Virus record (IMG/VR): IMGVR_UViG_3300013105_000004
Location: 77,973 to 90,837 of that record
Reading direction: 5' to 3' (one strand)
Length of the DNA stretch: 12,865 bases
Source of the DNA: a virus
Taxonomy: Duplodnaviria; Heunggongvirae; Uroviricota; Caudoviricetes
Each line of letters opens with the position of its first letter. Position 1 is the stretch's first letter. Shown in pieces: positions 1-8,149 of this stretch. A model generated the notes under the pieces. It saw only the letters and a list, made by a program, of their open reading frames with translations, did not search any database and was not told the origin of the DNA. Position numbers and translations under genes: made by a program.

Positions 1-1001
1 CCTACGATAACTGGTGTACCATTTCCCGGAATCTGCAACTGAATCAACCGGAGCTGGCCAAGGCGAGACATAACCAGTTGAGCCCCAACGCTTGCAGCGA
101 TGGATTGGCATAGTTCCAGAACATTCGTTCTACCGTCCGCGTAAATACCAACAGGTTGCGGATAAGATAGGTGGAATGCATTCAGGTTATCCATGTCAAG
201 ATCAGCAGCAGTGAAACGACTATCCGCTTGGCCGTAGCTTGTCACGATACGTTGGATCAGTTTTGAAATCGTATTTCGGTACGTTCCGTCACCCTTATCT
301 CCTTGCACGGAAACGGTAATGTCTCCCGCCGAAGAACGGGTAAGCAGGAATGTCCCAGTCGATGCGTCTACCGACGCGCTCACTGGCAGTCCGTTGTCTC
401 GGATTTCGATGATACCTTCGATAGCTGTATCATGTACTTGGTACTTCAATTGTGCCGCGTCTTTCAATTGCGGCGTAACGTTATGAACTTCACCGAACGT
501 GAGGCTGATAATATCGTCTTTATTCTGTCCCGTTCCGCCGATTGTTTTATCGGTGATGGGCGTGTTCAAATATTGAAGCTTATCACGGAGCGACAGATTA
601 AGCACTTCGCGTGACTTGCTTCCAAGGGTAGCTACTACCCCGTTAAAAATCATCTGAAAGTCGGAGCGAGCCCAACGTGGGTCTCCAATCCAAGCCTTCA
701 ACGTATGGTTATCCCAAACGTCATCCAGCCAGCTATCACGCTCGCCGTTGTAGTTTGCGATTTCGATGTCACCGACTGACAGGCCACCTTCGCCGTCGAT
801 GTCAAGTTGTTCTGTGAAACTGAACCCGGTAGTGACGATTGGTTCGTAGTATTGGTTAGCTGGGCTGTCCGTTGGAGCTGTGACATAAGGACGGGTAGAC
901 AAATAGCGGGTTGTTTCCAACCCGCCCACTTGCACTCCTACCTCGATCAGCACCACACGGACAGCAGCCGGGTCTTTCAACCAAGCTGCGTAGTCGATCA
1001 T
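1..1001 (-). CDS. Tail tip / baseplate hub-like protein immediately after the tape measure gene; 3' end truncated by the window edge (333 codons visible)
   Basis: Hand-translated from ATG at 1001-999: MIDYAAWLKDPAAVRVVLIEVGVQVGGLETTRYLSTRPYV...GDIEIANYNGERDSWLDDVWDNHTLKAWIGDPRWARSDFQMIFNGVV...LTFGEVHNVTPQL...RLIQLQIPGNGTPVIV, with no stop down to base 3. It is absent from the ORF track, apparently because it has no stop in the window. SD-like AAAGGT overlaps the tape measure stop (GAA AGG TAA TAC ATG). Function is inferred from position and beta-rich character. Confidence 0.75.
   Translation of the reverse strand, partial: MIDYAAWLKDPAAVRVVLIEVGVQVGGLETTRYLSTRPYVTAPTDSPANQYYEPIVTTGFSFTEQLDIDGEGGLSVGDIEIANYNGERDSWLDDVWDNHTLKAWIGDPRWARSDFQMIFNGVVATLGSKSREVLNLSLRDKLQYLNTPITDKTIGGTGQNKDDIISLTFGEVHNVTPQLKDAAQLKYQVHDTAIEGIIEIRDNGLPVSASVDASTGTFLLTRSSAGDITVSVQGDKGDGTYRNTISKLIQRIVTSYGQADSRFTAADLDMDNLNAFHLSYPQPVGIYADGRTNVLELCQSIAASVGAQLVMSRLGQLRLIQLQIPGNGTPVIV
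899..925 (-). terminator. Intrinsic terminator-like hairpin inside the 5' part of the tail-tip gene
   Basis: The minus strand reads GCGGGTTG-GAAA-CAACCCGC-TATTTGT: a perfect 8-bp stem (906-913/918-925), a GNRA tetraloop and a U-rich tail. It lies in coding sequence, so function is uncertain. Confidence 0.4.
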
Positions 1002-1004
1002 GTA

Positions 1005-4000
1005 TTACCTTTCTGTGTTGAGATTCTTCAGCGTTTGCTGCACGTACGCGGTTGTCGTTGCAGTGCTCTTAACAGCGTCAGAGATTGTTGCCGCTCCCTG
1101 TGCTTCTGCTACGAACAAAGCCTCCGTCAACTTAGCGATAGCTGCGTCATTCGCTTCTTTGTTATCGGCCAATTGCTGCTTCAGCTCTTTGACCTGAGCT
1201 TCCAGCGCAGACGTGTCGATTACCACGGCTCCGTTAGAGGACACAGGCAGTTGCGGAGCATTAGCCAGCGTTGTAAGGTCTGATGCCATGTCAGCGGACG
1301 ATTTGGACATCGTACCGATCGTGATAGACATGTCTTGCAGAGCTGCCAATTGCTTTTCAGCATTAGACAGTTGCGAGTCAGTGCTAGCACCCATCGCGTC
1401 GATATCTTTCATCACCTGATTGTACGTGTCGGTGTAGCCTTGCGAGCTAGCATTCACGACCCGCGAAGCTTCAAGATAGGCTTGAGCCATTCCCGATACG
1501 TTGCCTTGGGCTGTAGCATCTCCGGCTTTCGCTTTCGATACCGTATCTTCGTATTGGCGCTTAGCTTCTAGGAACTTCTGCATCGGCGTCAGAGGCGACA
1601 AATCACCCAGAGCTAGAGCGTTCTTCAAGCTGGTCAACGTATCCTTGAATTTCTTCAGGCCGTCGATTGTGTCGTTCAGTGCGTCGATTGCCGTTTTATT
1701 GGCTTCGGTTGCAGACGCCGCCAGCTTGTCGTAGTCCCCTGCCAGTGCCAGCAGTTGTCCCGACAGGATCGGGTTGCTAACACTAGTTTGCTCGATAAGA
1801 GCACGAAGAGCTGACTTTGTAGTTGGAAGTGCTTGACCAAGTTTTTTGAACTCAGCCGTCACAGATTTCAACATTATAGCAGACTTCTCTTCATCTGTAA
1901 AGTATTTGTCTTGGTACGTATTCAGTGCTGATTGCAGTTGCGATGCTCCGCCTGCACCCTTCACCATGTCCAGATTCAAACCAGTACCATTCAATCCGAT
2001 AAGGTTCATCTGGTTACGAATATCGTCCAGTGCCTTATACGCTGTCGTTAGATCATCAATCGTGCCAGTCATGTTTTTCAACATGTCAGCGATTCCGCTC
2101 ATACCCTCAGTTGCAAGGATACTTTGCTTCGTGATTTCGAATGCCACGTCCCCTTGCTTGTTAATCACGTCGGCATAGTTGACGGCAGTGATACCAAACT
2201 TTTCTAGAGAGACGTTAGCTTGTTCAACGCCAGTCGCCACACGGACAACGGTTTGAGCATAGCCTTCCCCTACTCGCTGGAACGCCTCCATCTGCGGGTA
2301 AGCAGCTTTAGCGATTTGGTCCATAGCAGCAGACAGCACGTTGTTGATAGCGTCTGTCAGGTCTTGGCCTTTCAGGTCTTTCAACGAAATCTTCGTGGTT
2401 TGCAACACTACGTTGTCAATCGCTTTACCGACTGCATCGCTGTTCGAACCAAGGGCTCCAGCAGCACCTTTCAACGCGTCTTCGAGCCCCGTAAATACCA
2501 GCCCGAATTGACGAGAAATTTCATCCCCTGCGCCCATTGTTTTAACGGATGAGCTGCTGTTTTTCACGAGGCCGAACCAGCTTGAGGACGACTGCTTAAT
2601 AGCCGCGTACTGGTCGATCCCTTTACCAGCTTCAAGATCAGAAACCTTTCCACCGAATTGAAGTCCAGAGTCTGTAATTTCTTGCGTCGTTTTGCCCCAC
2701 AGATTGTTGATAGCTGCCGCAACTTTGCTGCCAAGGATCGGCCCGATAACCGCTTGAGTAAGTTGGGTCATAACCTTAGAGACAATATCTGTAGCACTGC
2801 CACTCGCGTTCAACTGCCCGGTTTGGATGTTGAAGTTCGAACCATCGCTTACCCCGCTTTGGACAGCCAGTTTTGCCAGTCCTTGCATCGACGCTTCAAT
2901 GTTCTTCAGCGAGTTCAGCATTCCCTGTGTCAGCGGAAGCATCATATCGGAGTTAGACTTCAACTCGTCAATCGCATCAGTGATCGACTTCGACTTGGCG
3001 TCAGCGTCTCCCAGAATCGTACCCGTACCTTGATGCTTCTGTACGTAGTCGGCGTCCTGTGTTGCGTCAGCACCGTGAGCACTTGCACCAGACATCCCAA
3101 ACCCGAGTGCTGCCATAGTGACGCCCATCGCTGCAATTGCGGGCCATGCGTACGGGCCAAGCCACTTGAACATGGCACTTGCGCCAGCCATAACGTTAGC
3201 AGCGGTAGCTTGAGTTGCACGCGCCATTTCAGCTACGTGGAACACTTGTGCGATACCGTTCAACACGCGGTAGCCCTTCGATTGTTTGTCGAAGAATCCG
3301 CTAGCGGCCTGAGCCATATCCCCGTATTGCTTCATGCGATCTTCTGCTGTAGCGTTTTCGGTATTCTGGTATGCGATTGTCGCCTTGTACAGTCCCCCAA
3401 GAGCTTCACCAGCAGTTCCGAATGCATCTCCCAGTGAGCGAGTGATCGTTTCACCGACCTCTTGCCACATGGCTTTCTGCTTATCTGCGACTGCCAGCAT
3501 GCGCTTGTTTGCGTCTTCGTACTTCTTCAGCCCTTCAGGCGAGTTGTGGGAGTCGGCTTCAAGCTTGAGGCTTTCCGCCTTCGCTTTAGCAAGTTCCTTC
3601 TCGAAAGCCTTCGACTGCTTGGTAGCTTCATCAAAGATTCCTCCGATGCTCTTACCGAACGATCCAGACTTGAACCCTTTCAGCGTTCCCTCTACACGCA
3701 GCATAGCCGTGTCGAAAGCGAGCGAATCTTGCTTGAGCTGGGCGGCATCCGTCGCTGCTTTTTGGATTTCTCCTTGAGCTGCTAGGAACTGCTTCGCCAC
3801 CGCATTACCTGTAGCTGCTGCGTCTGCTGCTGCTTGCATCCAGACAGTCTTGCCATCCGTGCTCCACTTCAGGTTTGCAGCTTCTACGAACTTCCCTTGA
3901 TCTTCTAGCGACTTGATCTTCAAGCTGGTAATCAGTGTTTGCATTTCACGCTCTGCTGCTAGCGTGTTAGCCTTACGCATCTTATCAGCTTGCTCTGCGG

Positions 4001-6485
4001 CCTCATCGGCCCGCTCTGCGGCATCTTTGTAGCGTTCAACGTCAGCCGTTTTATCGTACTTGCCGTCCTTGTCTACGTGACGCGCAGCAATAAGCATTTG
4101 CTCACGAGATGCTTGCGCTACCTTCTTGGCTGTCTCGATTTCCTTATCCGCTACCTCATTAATCAGTTGCAGACGGCCGATCTCTCCAGCTTTGAATTTG
4201 GCGTCTTCCTGTTCACGGTAGTTCGAAAGCTCTTGATTAGCAGCCTTGATCTGACCTTGGAATACCGCTAGCTGTGCAGCGTAACGATCCGCATCTGATC
4301 CACCTTTAACAGACAGTTGCCCGTCTCCCGGCGAAAGGATACGATTCTTTTTGGCGTTCTCATCTGACCAGTCAGCGTTCAAACCTGTAACTCTGATAAG
4401 CGCTTCGGTAGCGTTCTTTGCACGCTCAGTTTGAATAGCTACATTCTTCTGAGAGTCGGCGTAGGAACGGGCTGCTGTGATGTAGTTAGAGAGGTTATCG
4501 AACAGTCCTTGCTGACCGAAAAACTTACGCTTTTCCAATGCGGCTTTTTGTCCGTCCTCGTCCAGCGACATGATAGCTTTCGCTTTCGCTTTCTCGCTAT
4601 CCTTCAGCTTGTCCCAGTACTCATCACGCACGCCTTGCAGTTTAGTCAAACCTGCTTTCGCGTCGTCCACTACTTTCTGCGATGCTTCCTTACGCTCTTT
4701 GGCTTCTTGAGCGCGTTGTGCAGCAGCGTCCGAGCCGTACTTAACACGGAGGTTGTACAGGCTTACTTGCTTCTCAGTTTCCTTTTGGATTTCAGCTACG
4801 TAGTCCGTCAGATTACCTTCGGCGTCCTTGTTGCTAAGTGCACGGTCCTTAGCGGCTTTGTACATCGTCCATGCGAATGTCAGTCCAGTGATGACAACGG
4901 CAATCGGTCCCAATGCTGCTTGGAACGTTGCTGCTGCACCGGCTGCGGCACGGATGCCTGTTGCCATTTCCAAGAACTTCGCTCCAGCTACGCCGAGGGC
5001 TACGTCACGAAGCACACCGACGTTATCGATCAGCACTTTCGTGAAATCGACCAACAGTGCGATGACAGTCTTCAGGCCGTTCTTGAAGTCTTCCGATGCA
5101 AAGGCTTCTCGTAGTGCTCGTGCGATAGCTCCGATTTGCGGCTGAATCTCAGTGAACACTTTGCTGAACGTCGTTTCAAGCGTGTTCTTCACAGACTTGA
5201 ATTGGTTCTCCGTCGTTTGAGCCATCGCGATTGCAGCGAGCTTAGCTGTTGCGGCGGACTCTTTGATCTGGTCTTGAAGCTCTACCAGCTTGTTGTGAGT
5301 GCTATCGACCTTAGTGCCGTACCTTTCGGTATCATCTGCCGCTTGGTGAAGCAGAGCAAGCAGCGCTGCACCTTCACGCAGACCTTGTTGTCCGAACATC
5401 TTCACCATCGCCATGTTGCGGGCTTTGGTATCGAGCGTATTCATCCCCGCATCTAGCTTCTGGATTACTTCGACCAGCGGAAGCATGAACCCTTGGGCAT
5501 CACGGAAGCTGCTGATAGACATCTTCATGTCCTTCAACGTGTTCGTTACCTTCTGCGTCGATGCGGACAAGTCTTTGTACAGGTTCTTCAGGGCCGTACC
5601 GGCTGCTGTGCCTTGAATGCCAAGGTTAGCCACAGCGGCAAGACCGACAGCGATATCCTGCAACGAAGCACCGTACGTAGTACCCACAGCAGCGGCCGAT
5701 TTGAACGCTCCCGAAATACTATCAACGCTCGACATAGACGCAGCGGCCGTTTTCACGATAACGTCGGAAACGTGATCGAAACTCTCTGCTGTGTATCCCA
5801 ATGCCGAGCCGACTTGGACGAGGGTTTCTGCCGATTTCTCGATAGAGACTTCACCCCCGATTGCAAGGTTAAGTGCAGCGTTCACGCCCTTCAGCGATTG
5901 CTCTGCATTCAGGCCAGCCAATGTCAGCGTCTTCAGGGCTTCAGCAACTTCTTTCGGGCCGCTAACACCAGTGCCAAGGTCGTTGACGGCTTGGGTCATC
6001 TTTGCCATCTCGGCTGTCGTTGCTCCGCCTAGGACACGAATCCCTTCCAGCGTTTGCTCGACATCCTTACCAACGCCGATAACGCCCTTCAGGGACGCAC
6101 CGAGGGCAATACCGACGCTCATCCCGGCCAGATTGCCATACGTAACCCACAGTGCACCCAGCGATCCGGACAGACCGCGAGCAAGGGCGTGAGCTTCAGC
6201 CATTGCTTCGTTGTTTGCACGGGACGTAGCGGTAGCACGTACTTGGCTGTTAGACATCTGGTTGATGACGACGGTTAGGGACGTGATAGCACTGATAAGG
6301 GCCGTGGTCTGAGCCACACCCCCTGTCATCATGCCATTCACGCCTACCACAGCCGTGCCAAGTTTCTTGACAGCGGTTTCGGCCTTGTCAGCGGCAGACG
6401 CCAATTTATCCAACTGATTTGCGGCAGTCTGGATACCTTGGCTCTTCACATCGACAACAAGTTGGCTAATATCTTGTGTTGCCAT
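1005..6485 (-). CDS. Tail tape measure protein, TP901-family core, 1826 aa
   Basis: Very long Ala/Lys/Gln-rich helical ORF after the chaperone genes. The N-terminal region (EVAEALKTLTLAGLNAEQSLKGVNAALNLA...LAAVANLGIQGTAAGTALKNL) matches the TP901-1-type TMP core as I recognise it. It has several hydrophobic segments (e.g. ALGPIAVVITGLTFAWTMY, WLGPYAWPAIAAMGVTMAALGFGM). SD TAAGGA lies upstream of ATG 6485. Confidence 0.96.
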   Translation of the reverse strand: MATQDISQLVVDVKSQGIQTAANQLDKLASAADKAETAVKKLGTAVVGVNGMMTGGVAQTTALISAITSLTVVINQMSNSQVRATATSRANNEAMAEAHALARGLSGSLGALWVTYGNLAGMSVGIALGASLKGVIGVGKDVEQTLEGIRVLGGATTAEMAKMTQAVNDLGTGVSGPKEVAEALKTLTLAGLNAEQSLKGVNAALNLAIGGEVSIEKSAETLVQVGSALGYTAESFDHVSDVIVKTAAASMSSVDSISGAFKSAAAVGTTYGASLQDIAVGLAAVANLGIQGTAAGTALKNLYKDLSASTQKVTNTLKDMKMSISSFRDAQGFMLPLVEVIQKLDAGMNTLDTKARNMAMVKMFGQQGLREGAALLALLHQAADDTERYGTKVDSTHNKLVELQDQIKESAATAKLAAIAMAQTTENQFKSVKNTLETTFSKVFTEIQPQIGAIARALREAFASEDFKNGLKTVIALLVDFTKVLIDNVGVLRDVALGVAGAKFLEMATGIRAAAGAAATFQAALGPIAVVITGLTFAWTMYKAAKDRALSNKDAEGNLTDYVAEIQKETEKQVSLYNLRVKYGSDAAAQRAQEAKERKEASQKVVDDAKAGLTKLQGVRDEYWDKLKDSEKAKAKAIMSLDEDGQKAALEKRKFFGQQGLFDNLSNYITAARSYADSQKNVAIQTERAKNATEALIRVTGLNADWSDENAKKNRILSPGDGQLSVKGGSDADRYAAQLAVFQGQIKAANQELSNYREQEDAKFKAGEIGRLQLINEVADKEIETAKKVAQASREQMLIAARHVDKDGKYDKTADVERYKDAAERADEAAEQADKMRKANTLAAEREMQTLITSLKIKSLEDQGKFVEAANLKWSTDGKTVWMQAAADAAATGNAVAKQFLAAQGEIQKAATDAAQLKQDSLAFDTAMLRVEGTLKGFKSGSFGKSIGGIFDEATKQSKAFEKELAKAKAESLKLEADSHNSPEGLKKYEDANKRMLAVADKQKAMWQEVGETITRSLGDAFGTAGEALGGLYKATIAYQNTENATAEDRMKQYGDMAQAASGFFDKQSKGYRVLNGIAQVFHVAEMARATQATAANVMAGASAMFKWLGPYAWPAIAAMGVTMAALGFGMSGASAHGADATQDADYVQKHQGTGTILGDADAKSKSITDAIDELKSNSDMMLPLTQGMLNSLKNIEASMQGLAKLAVQSGVSDGSNFNIQTGQLNASGSATDIVSKVMTQLTQAVIGPILGSKVAAAINNLWGKTTQEITDSGLQFGGKVSDLEAGKGIDQYAAIKQSSSSWFGLVKNSSSSVKTMGAGDEISRQFGLVFTGLEDALKGAAGALGSNSDAVGKAIDNVVLQTTKISLKDLKGQDLTDAINNVLSAAMDQIAKAAYPQMEAFQRVGEGYAQTVVRVATGVEQANVSLEKFGITAVNYADVINKQGDVAFEITKQSILATEGMSGIADMLKNMTGTIDDLTTAYKALDDIRNQMNLIGLNGTGLNLDMVKGAGGASQLQSALNTYQDKYFTDEEKSAIMLKSVTAEFKKLGQALPTTKSALRALIEQTSVSNPILSGQLLALAGDYDKLAASATEANKTAIDALNDTIDGLKKFKDTLTSLKNALALGDLSPLTPMQKFLEAKRQYEDTVSKAKAGDATAQGNVSGMAQAYLEASRVVNASSQGYTDTYNQVMKDIDAMGASTDSQLSNAEKQLAALQDMSITIGTMSKSSADMASDLTTLANAPQLPVSSNGAVVIDTSALEAQVKELKQQLADNKEANDAAIAKLTEALFVAEAQGAATISDAVKSTATTTAYVQQTLKNLNTER

Positions 6486-6503
6486 TCCCGTTCCTTATAA
6501 AAA

Positions 6504-7082
6504 TCAATCTCGTTTTTGTGCCATGAGCATCGAAGCGAACACGTCCTCCACTTTCGTTTCAACCATACTACGCACGACCTCATCTTTTGCTTCTACTGGC
6601 TTAACGTACGGAGGCTTTGCGCCTTTCTTCGAAGCGGCTGCATGTTCCGCTACGTACGCTCTGCTAAGGCTGTAGACCGCCCGCAACTCTTTCGGGCTCA
6701 GAATCCCGACCATATCATTACAGCGTGCCCACGCTTCAATTTCCTGCCATGACAATCCAGCCAATCCCATTCCCGTTACGCCTGCTACACCGGCAGAATG
6801 CAAAAGAGCCACGAGATACCCCGCTGCTTCCGAAATCTCGGGCATTGGAATCTCTCGTAGCTCCTGTACTGATACATCAAGCGTGTCGGGGATGGAACCA
6901 TCATCTTCTTCATCCCCGGAGTCGTCCGGCGAGACAACACTACCTAGCGTTGCTCGCTTTATTTGCTCCGCTCGGCTGACCTTCTGACCGTCCGGGATAG
7001 CGTTGTAATACGCTTCCTGTCGAACATAAAGTTCAGCCTCATCGACTGTTACTTGAAAAGCTCGATAGTACCCAGTGCTTCG
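6504..7082 (-). CDS. Tail assembly chaperone C-terminal extension (lambda gpT-like), probably made as a -1 frameshift fusion with 7049..7459
   Basis: The track ORF 6504..6845 stays open a further 79 codons upstream, to 7082 (the preceding in-frame stop is TGA 7085-7083), with no ATG/GTG/TTG in that stretch. It overlaps the end of the chaperone gene in the -1 frame and sits directly before the TMP, the canonical G/GT position. Confidence 0.75.
   Translation of the reverse strand, partial: RSTGYYRAFQVTVDEAELYVRQEAYYNAIPDGQKVSRAEQIKRATLGSVVSPDDSGDEEDDGSIPDTLDVSVQELREIPMPEISEAAGYLVALLHSAGVAGVTGMGLAGLSWQEIEAWARCNDMVGILSPKELRAVYSLSRAYVAEHAAASKKGAKPPYVKPVEAKDEVVRSMVETKVEDVFASMLMAQKRD
7049..7082 (-). 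other. Window in which a programmed -1 ribosomal frameshift must occur; best candidate slip is CTT TTC AAG
   Basis: This is the only overlap between the chaperone frame and the open -1 frame. TTC can re-pair on TTT in CTTTTC. There is no canonical X XXY YYZ heptamer. Confidence 0.55.
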
Positions 7083-7459
7083 TCAATCTGCGCCTTGATG
7101 AAACCAATGGAATCATCGCTCAGCATTGCACGGAATTGCGAATCCGTTTTGACCGGCTCACCGTCATACGACAGGTTTTCCGAATCGAGGCAGCAAGCTA
7201 CCAGCAGTTCGACACCTTCCGCCTTTTGTTCTTCGGCGTTCAGTTTCTTGTTGCCGCGTTTGATGCTGCGGTTAATCATTGCGTTCACAGCAAGACGGTA
7301 CTCACGCGAACCAGTCGAAGCGACGGTAACGGTGACAGGGTTCTTGCCCTTAGCGTCCAGCTCGCCCTTGTCGTTCACGAACAGGAAGTCGTCGGTGAAC
7401 GGGTTCTTCAGGTGCAGAACGGTAGATTCTTTGATTGCTAGCGATTTTACGTCAAACAT
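7049..7459 (-). CDS. Tail assembly chaperone (lambda gpG-like), 136 aa
   Basis: Lies between the tail tube and TMP genes, with the size and charged, helical character typical of TACs. SD AAAGGA lies upstream of ATG 7459; the gene ends GAG CTT TTC AAG TAA. Confidence 0.85.
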   Translation of the reverse strand: MFDVKSLAIKESTVLHLKNPFTDDFLFVNDKGELDAKGKNPVTVTVASTGSREYRLAVNAMINRSIKRGNKKLNAEEQKAEGVELLVACCLDSENLSYDGEPVKTDSQFRAMLSDDSIGFIKAQIDEALGTIELFK

Positions 7460-7503
7460 GGTATATTCCTTTACATGGTAGGTTGCGGCATTTATTGCCT
7501 GTG

Positions 7504-7609
7504 TTTTTACTAACGTAGTTTTGCCTACGTAGACACCATCGATTGTACACTACGTACCACATTTTGTCAAATTTTGGTAGTGTTCCGTACAAAACTATGT
7601 TAGTAAAAA
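7504..7609. repeat. 20-bp inverted repeat (19/20) enclosing a 66-bp segment that contains a promoter
   Basis: 7504-7523 TTTTTACTAACGTAGTTTTG versus the reverse complement of 7590-7609, TTTTTACTAACATAGTTTTG. Irregular inner pairing continues (TACG 7526-7529 with CGTA 7586-7589; ACAC 7533-7536 with GTGT 7580-7583). Confidence 0.92.
7542..7570 (-). promoter_or_regulatory. sigma70-type promoter directed at the chaperone / tape measure / tail-tip genes
   Basis: Minus strand TTGACA (7570-7565), a 17-nt spacer, then TACAAT (7547-7542): perfect -35, 5/6 -10, optimal spacing. It lies just downstream of a terminator, about 80 nt before the chaperone start. Confidence 0.72.
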
Positions 7610-7627
7610 GCCCCGCCGAAGCGGGGC
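7605..7627 (-). terminator. Rho-independent terminator after the tail tube gene
   Basis: Minus strand GCCCCGC-TTCG-GCGGGGC-TTTTT, a few bases after the tandem TAA TGA stops; cUUCGg tetraloop. Confidence 0.92.
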
Positions 7628-7633
7628 AATTCA

Positions 7634-8122
7634 TTACGCCGTAGCGTTAGCAACAACGATGTCGTTGTCGATTTCCACGTCAGCAGTCAGACCTGTGATC
7701 TGGTCAACCGAACCGACTTCCAGCGTCCAGCCCATCACCTGAGCGGTGAAGTAGTAGATAGTGCCCGATTGGGTCACGACCTTGAAGGCGTACGAGATGT
7801 CTTGGTCAGCAGCAGCTTTCAGGGCGATCTGGCCCGGATTGGTAACAGAGTCACCCAGCTTCAGTTGCAGAGTACCGTTGTTGTACGAACCACGGCGCTT
7901 GACGGTCTTACGGTCGCTCAGCGGGTTGAACGTTACAAGGTTGTACTTCTTACCGAACGAGCCTAGGTCGGTCAGTTCACCGATCTGGATGTAGCTTGCG
8001 CCCGCGAATGTCGTAGCGTCATACGTGGTTGCCAGTCCAGCCGGTGCAGCAGCCGGAGCTGAGCCAGTGCCAGAGATAAACAGTTGTGTACCAGCACTGG
8101 TACGTACATTAGAAACAGCCAT
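7634..8122 (-). CDS. Major tail (tube) protein, siphovirus type, 162 aa
   Basis: The motifs IGELTDLGSFGKKYNLVTFNPLSDRKTVKRRGSYNNGTLQL and FKVVTQSGTIYYFTAQV are typical of tail tube proteins. Strong SD AAAGGAG; followed by a terminator, as expected for a high-copy protein; lies upstream of TAC and TMP. Confidence 0.9.
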   Translation of the reverse strand: MAVSNVRTSAGTQLFISGTGSAPAAAPAGLATTYDATTFAGASYIQIGELTDLGSFGKKYNLVTFNPLSDRKTVKRRGSYNNGTLQLKLGDSVTNPGQIALKAAADQDISYAFKVVTQSGTIYYFTAQVMGWTLEVGSVDQITGLTADVEIDNDIVVANATA

Positions 8123-8129
8123 TATTTAC

Positions 8130-8149
8130 TCCTTTGAGAGATTAGTTGG
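8130..8149 (-). repeat. Gene-junction direct repeat, copy 1 (CCAACTAATCTCTCAAAGGA)
   Basis: Matches 11776-11794 at 19 of 20 positions (one-base gap). It spans the upstream stop codon and the SD of the tail tube gene. Confidence 0.75.

Noticed and set aside
626-640. 6-bp hairpin GGGTAG-CTA-CTACCC, and a nearby short QLK-DAA-QLK repeat (about 445-470), in the tail-tip gene
   Set aside because: Both are short enough to occur by chance; there is no U-tract or further periodicity.
698-886. Minus-strand 62-aa track ORF, suggesting a fragmented or stop-recoded gene left of the TMP
   Set aside because: It is an off-frame ORF inside the uninterrupted 1001-to-edge reading frame. All genes read through in the standard code, so there is no evidence of stop-codon reassignment.
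7452-7634. 60-aa minus-strand ORF across the tube/chaperone intergenic region (possible moron or leader peptide)
   Set aside because: It runs through the terminator, inverted repeats and promoter, has no RBS, and overlaps the chaperone start; the sequence is better explained as regulatory DNA.
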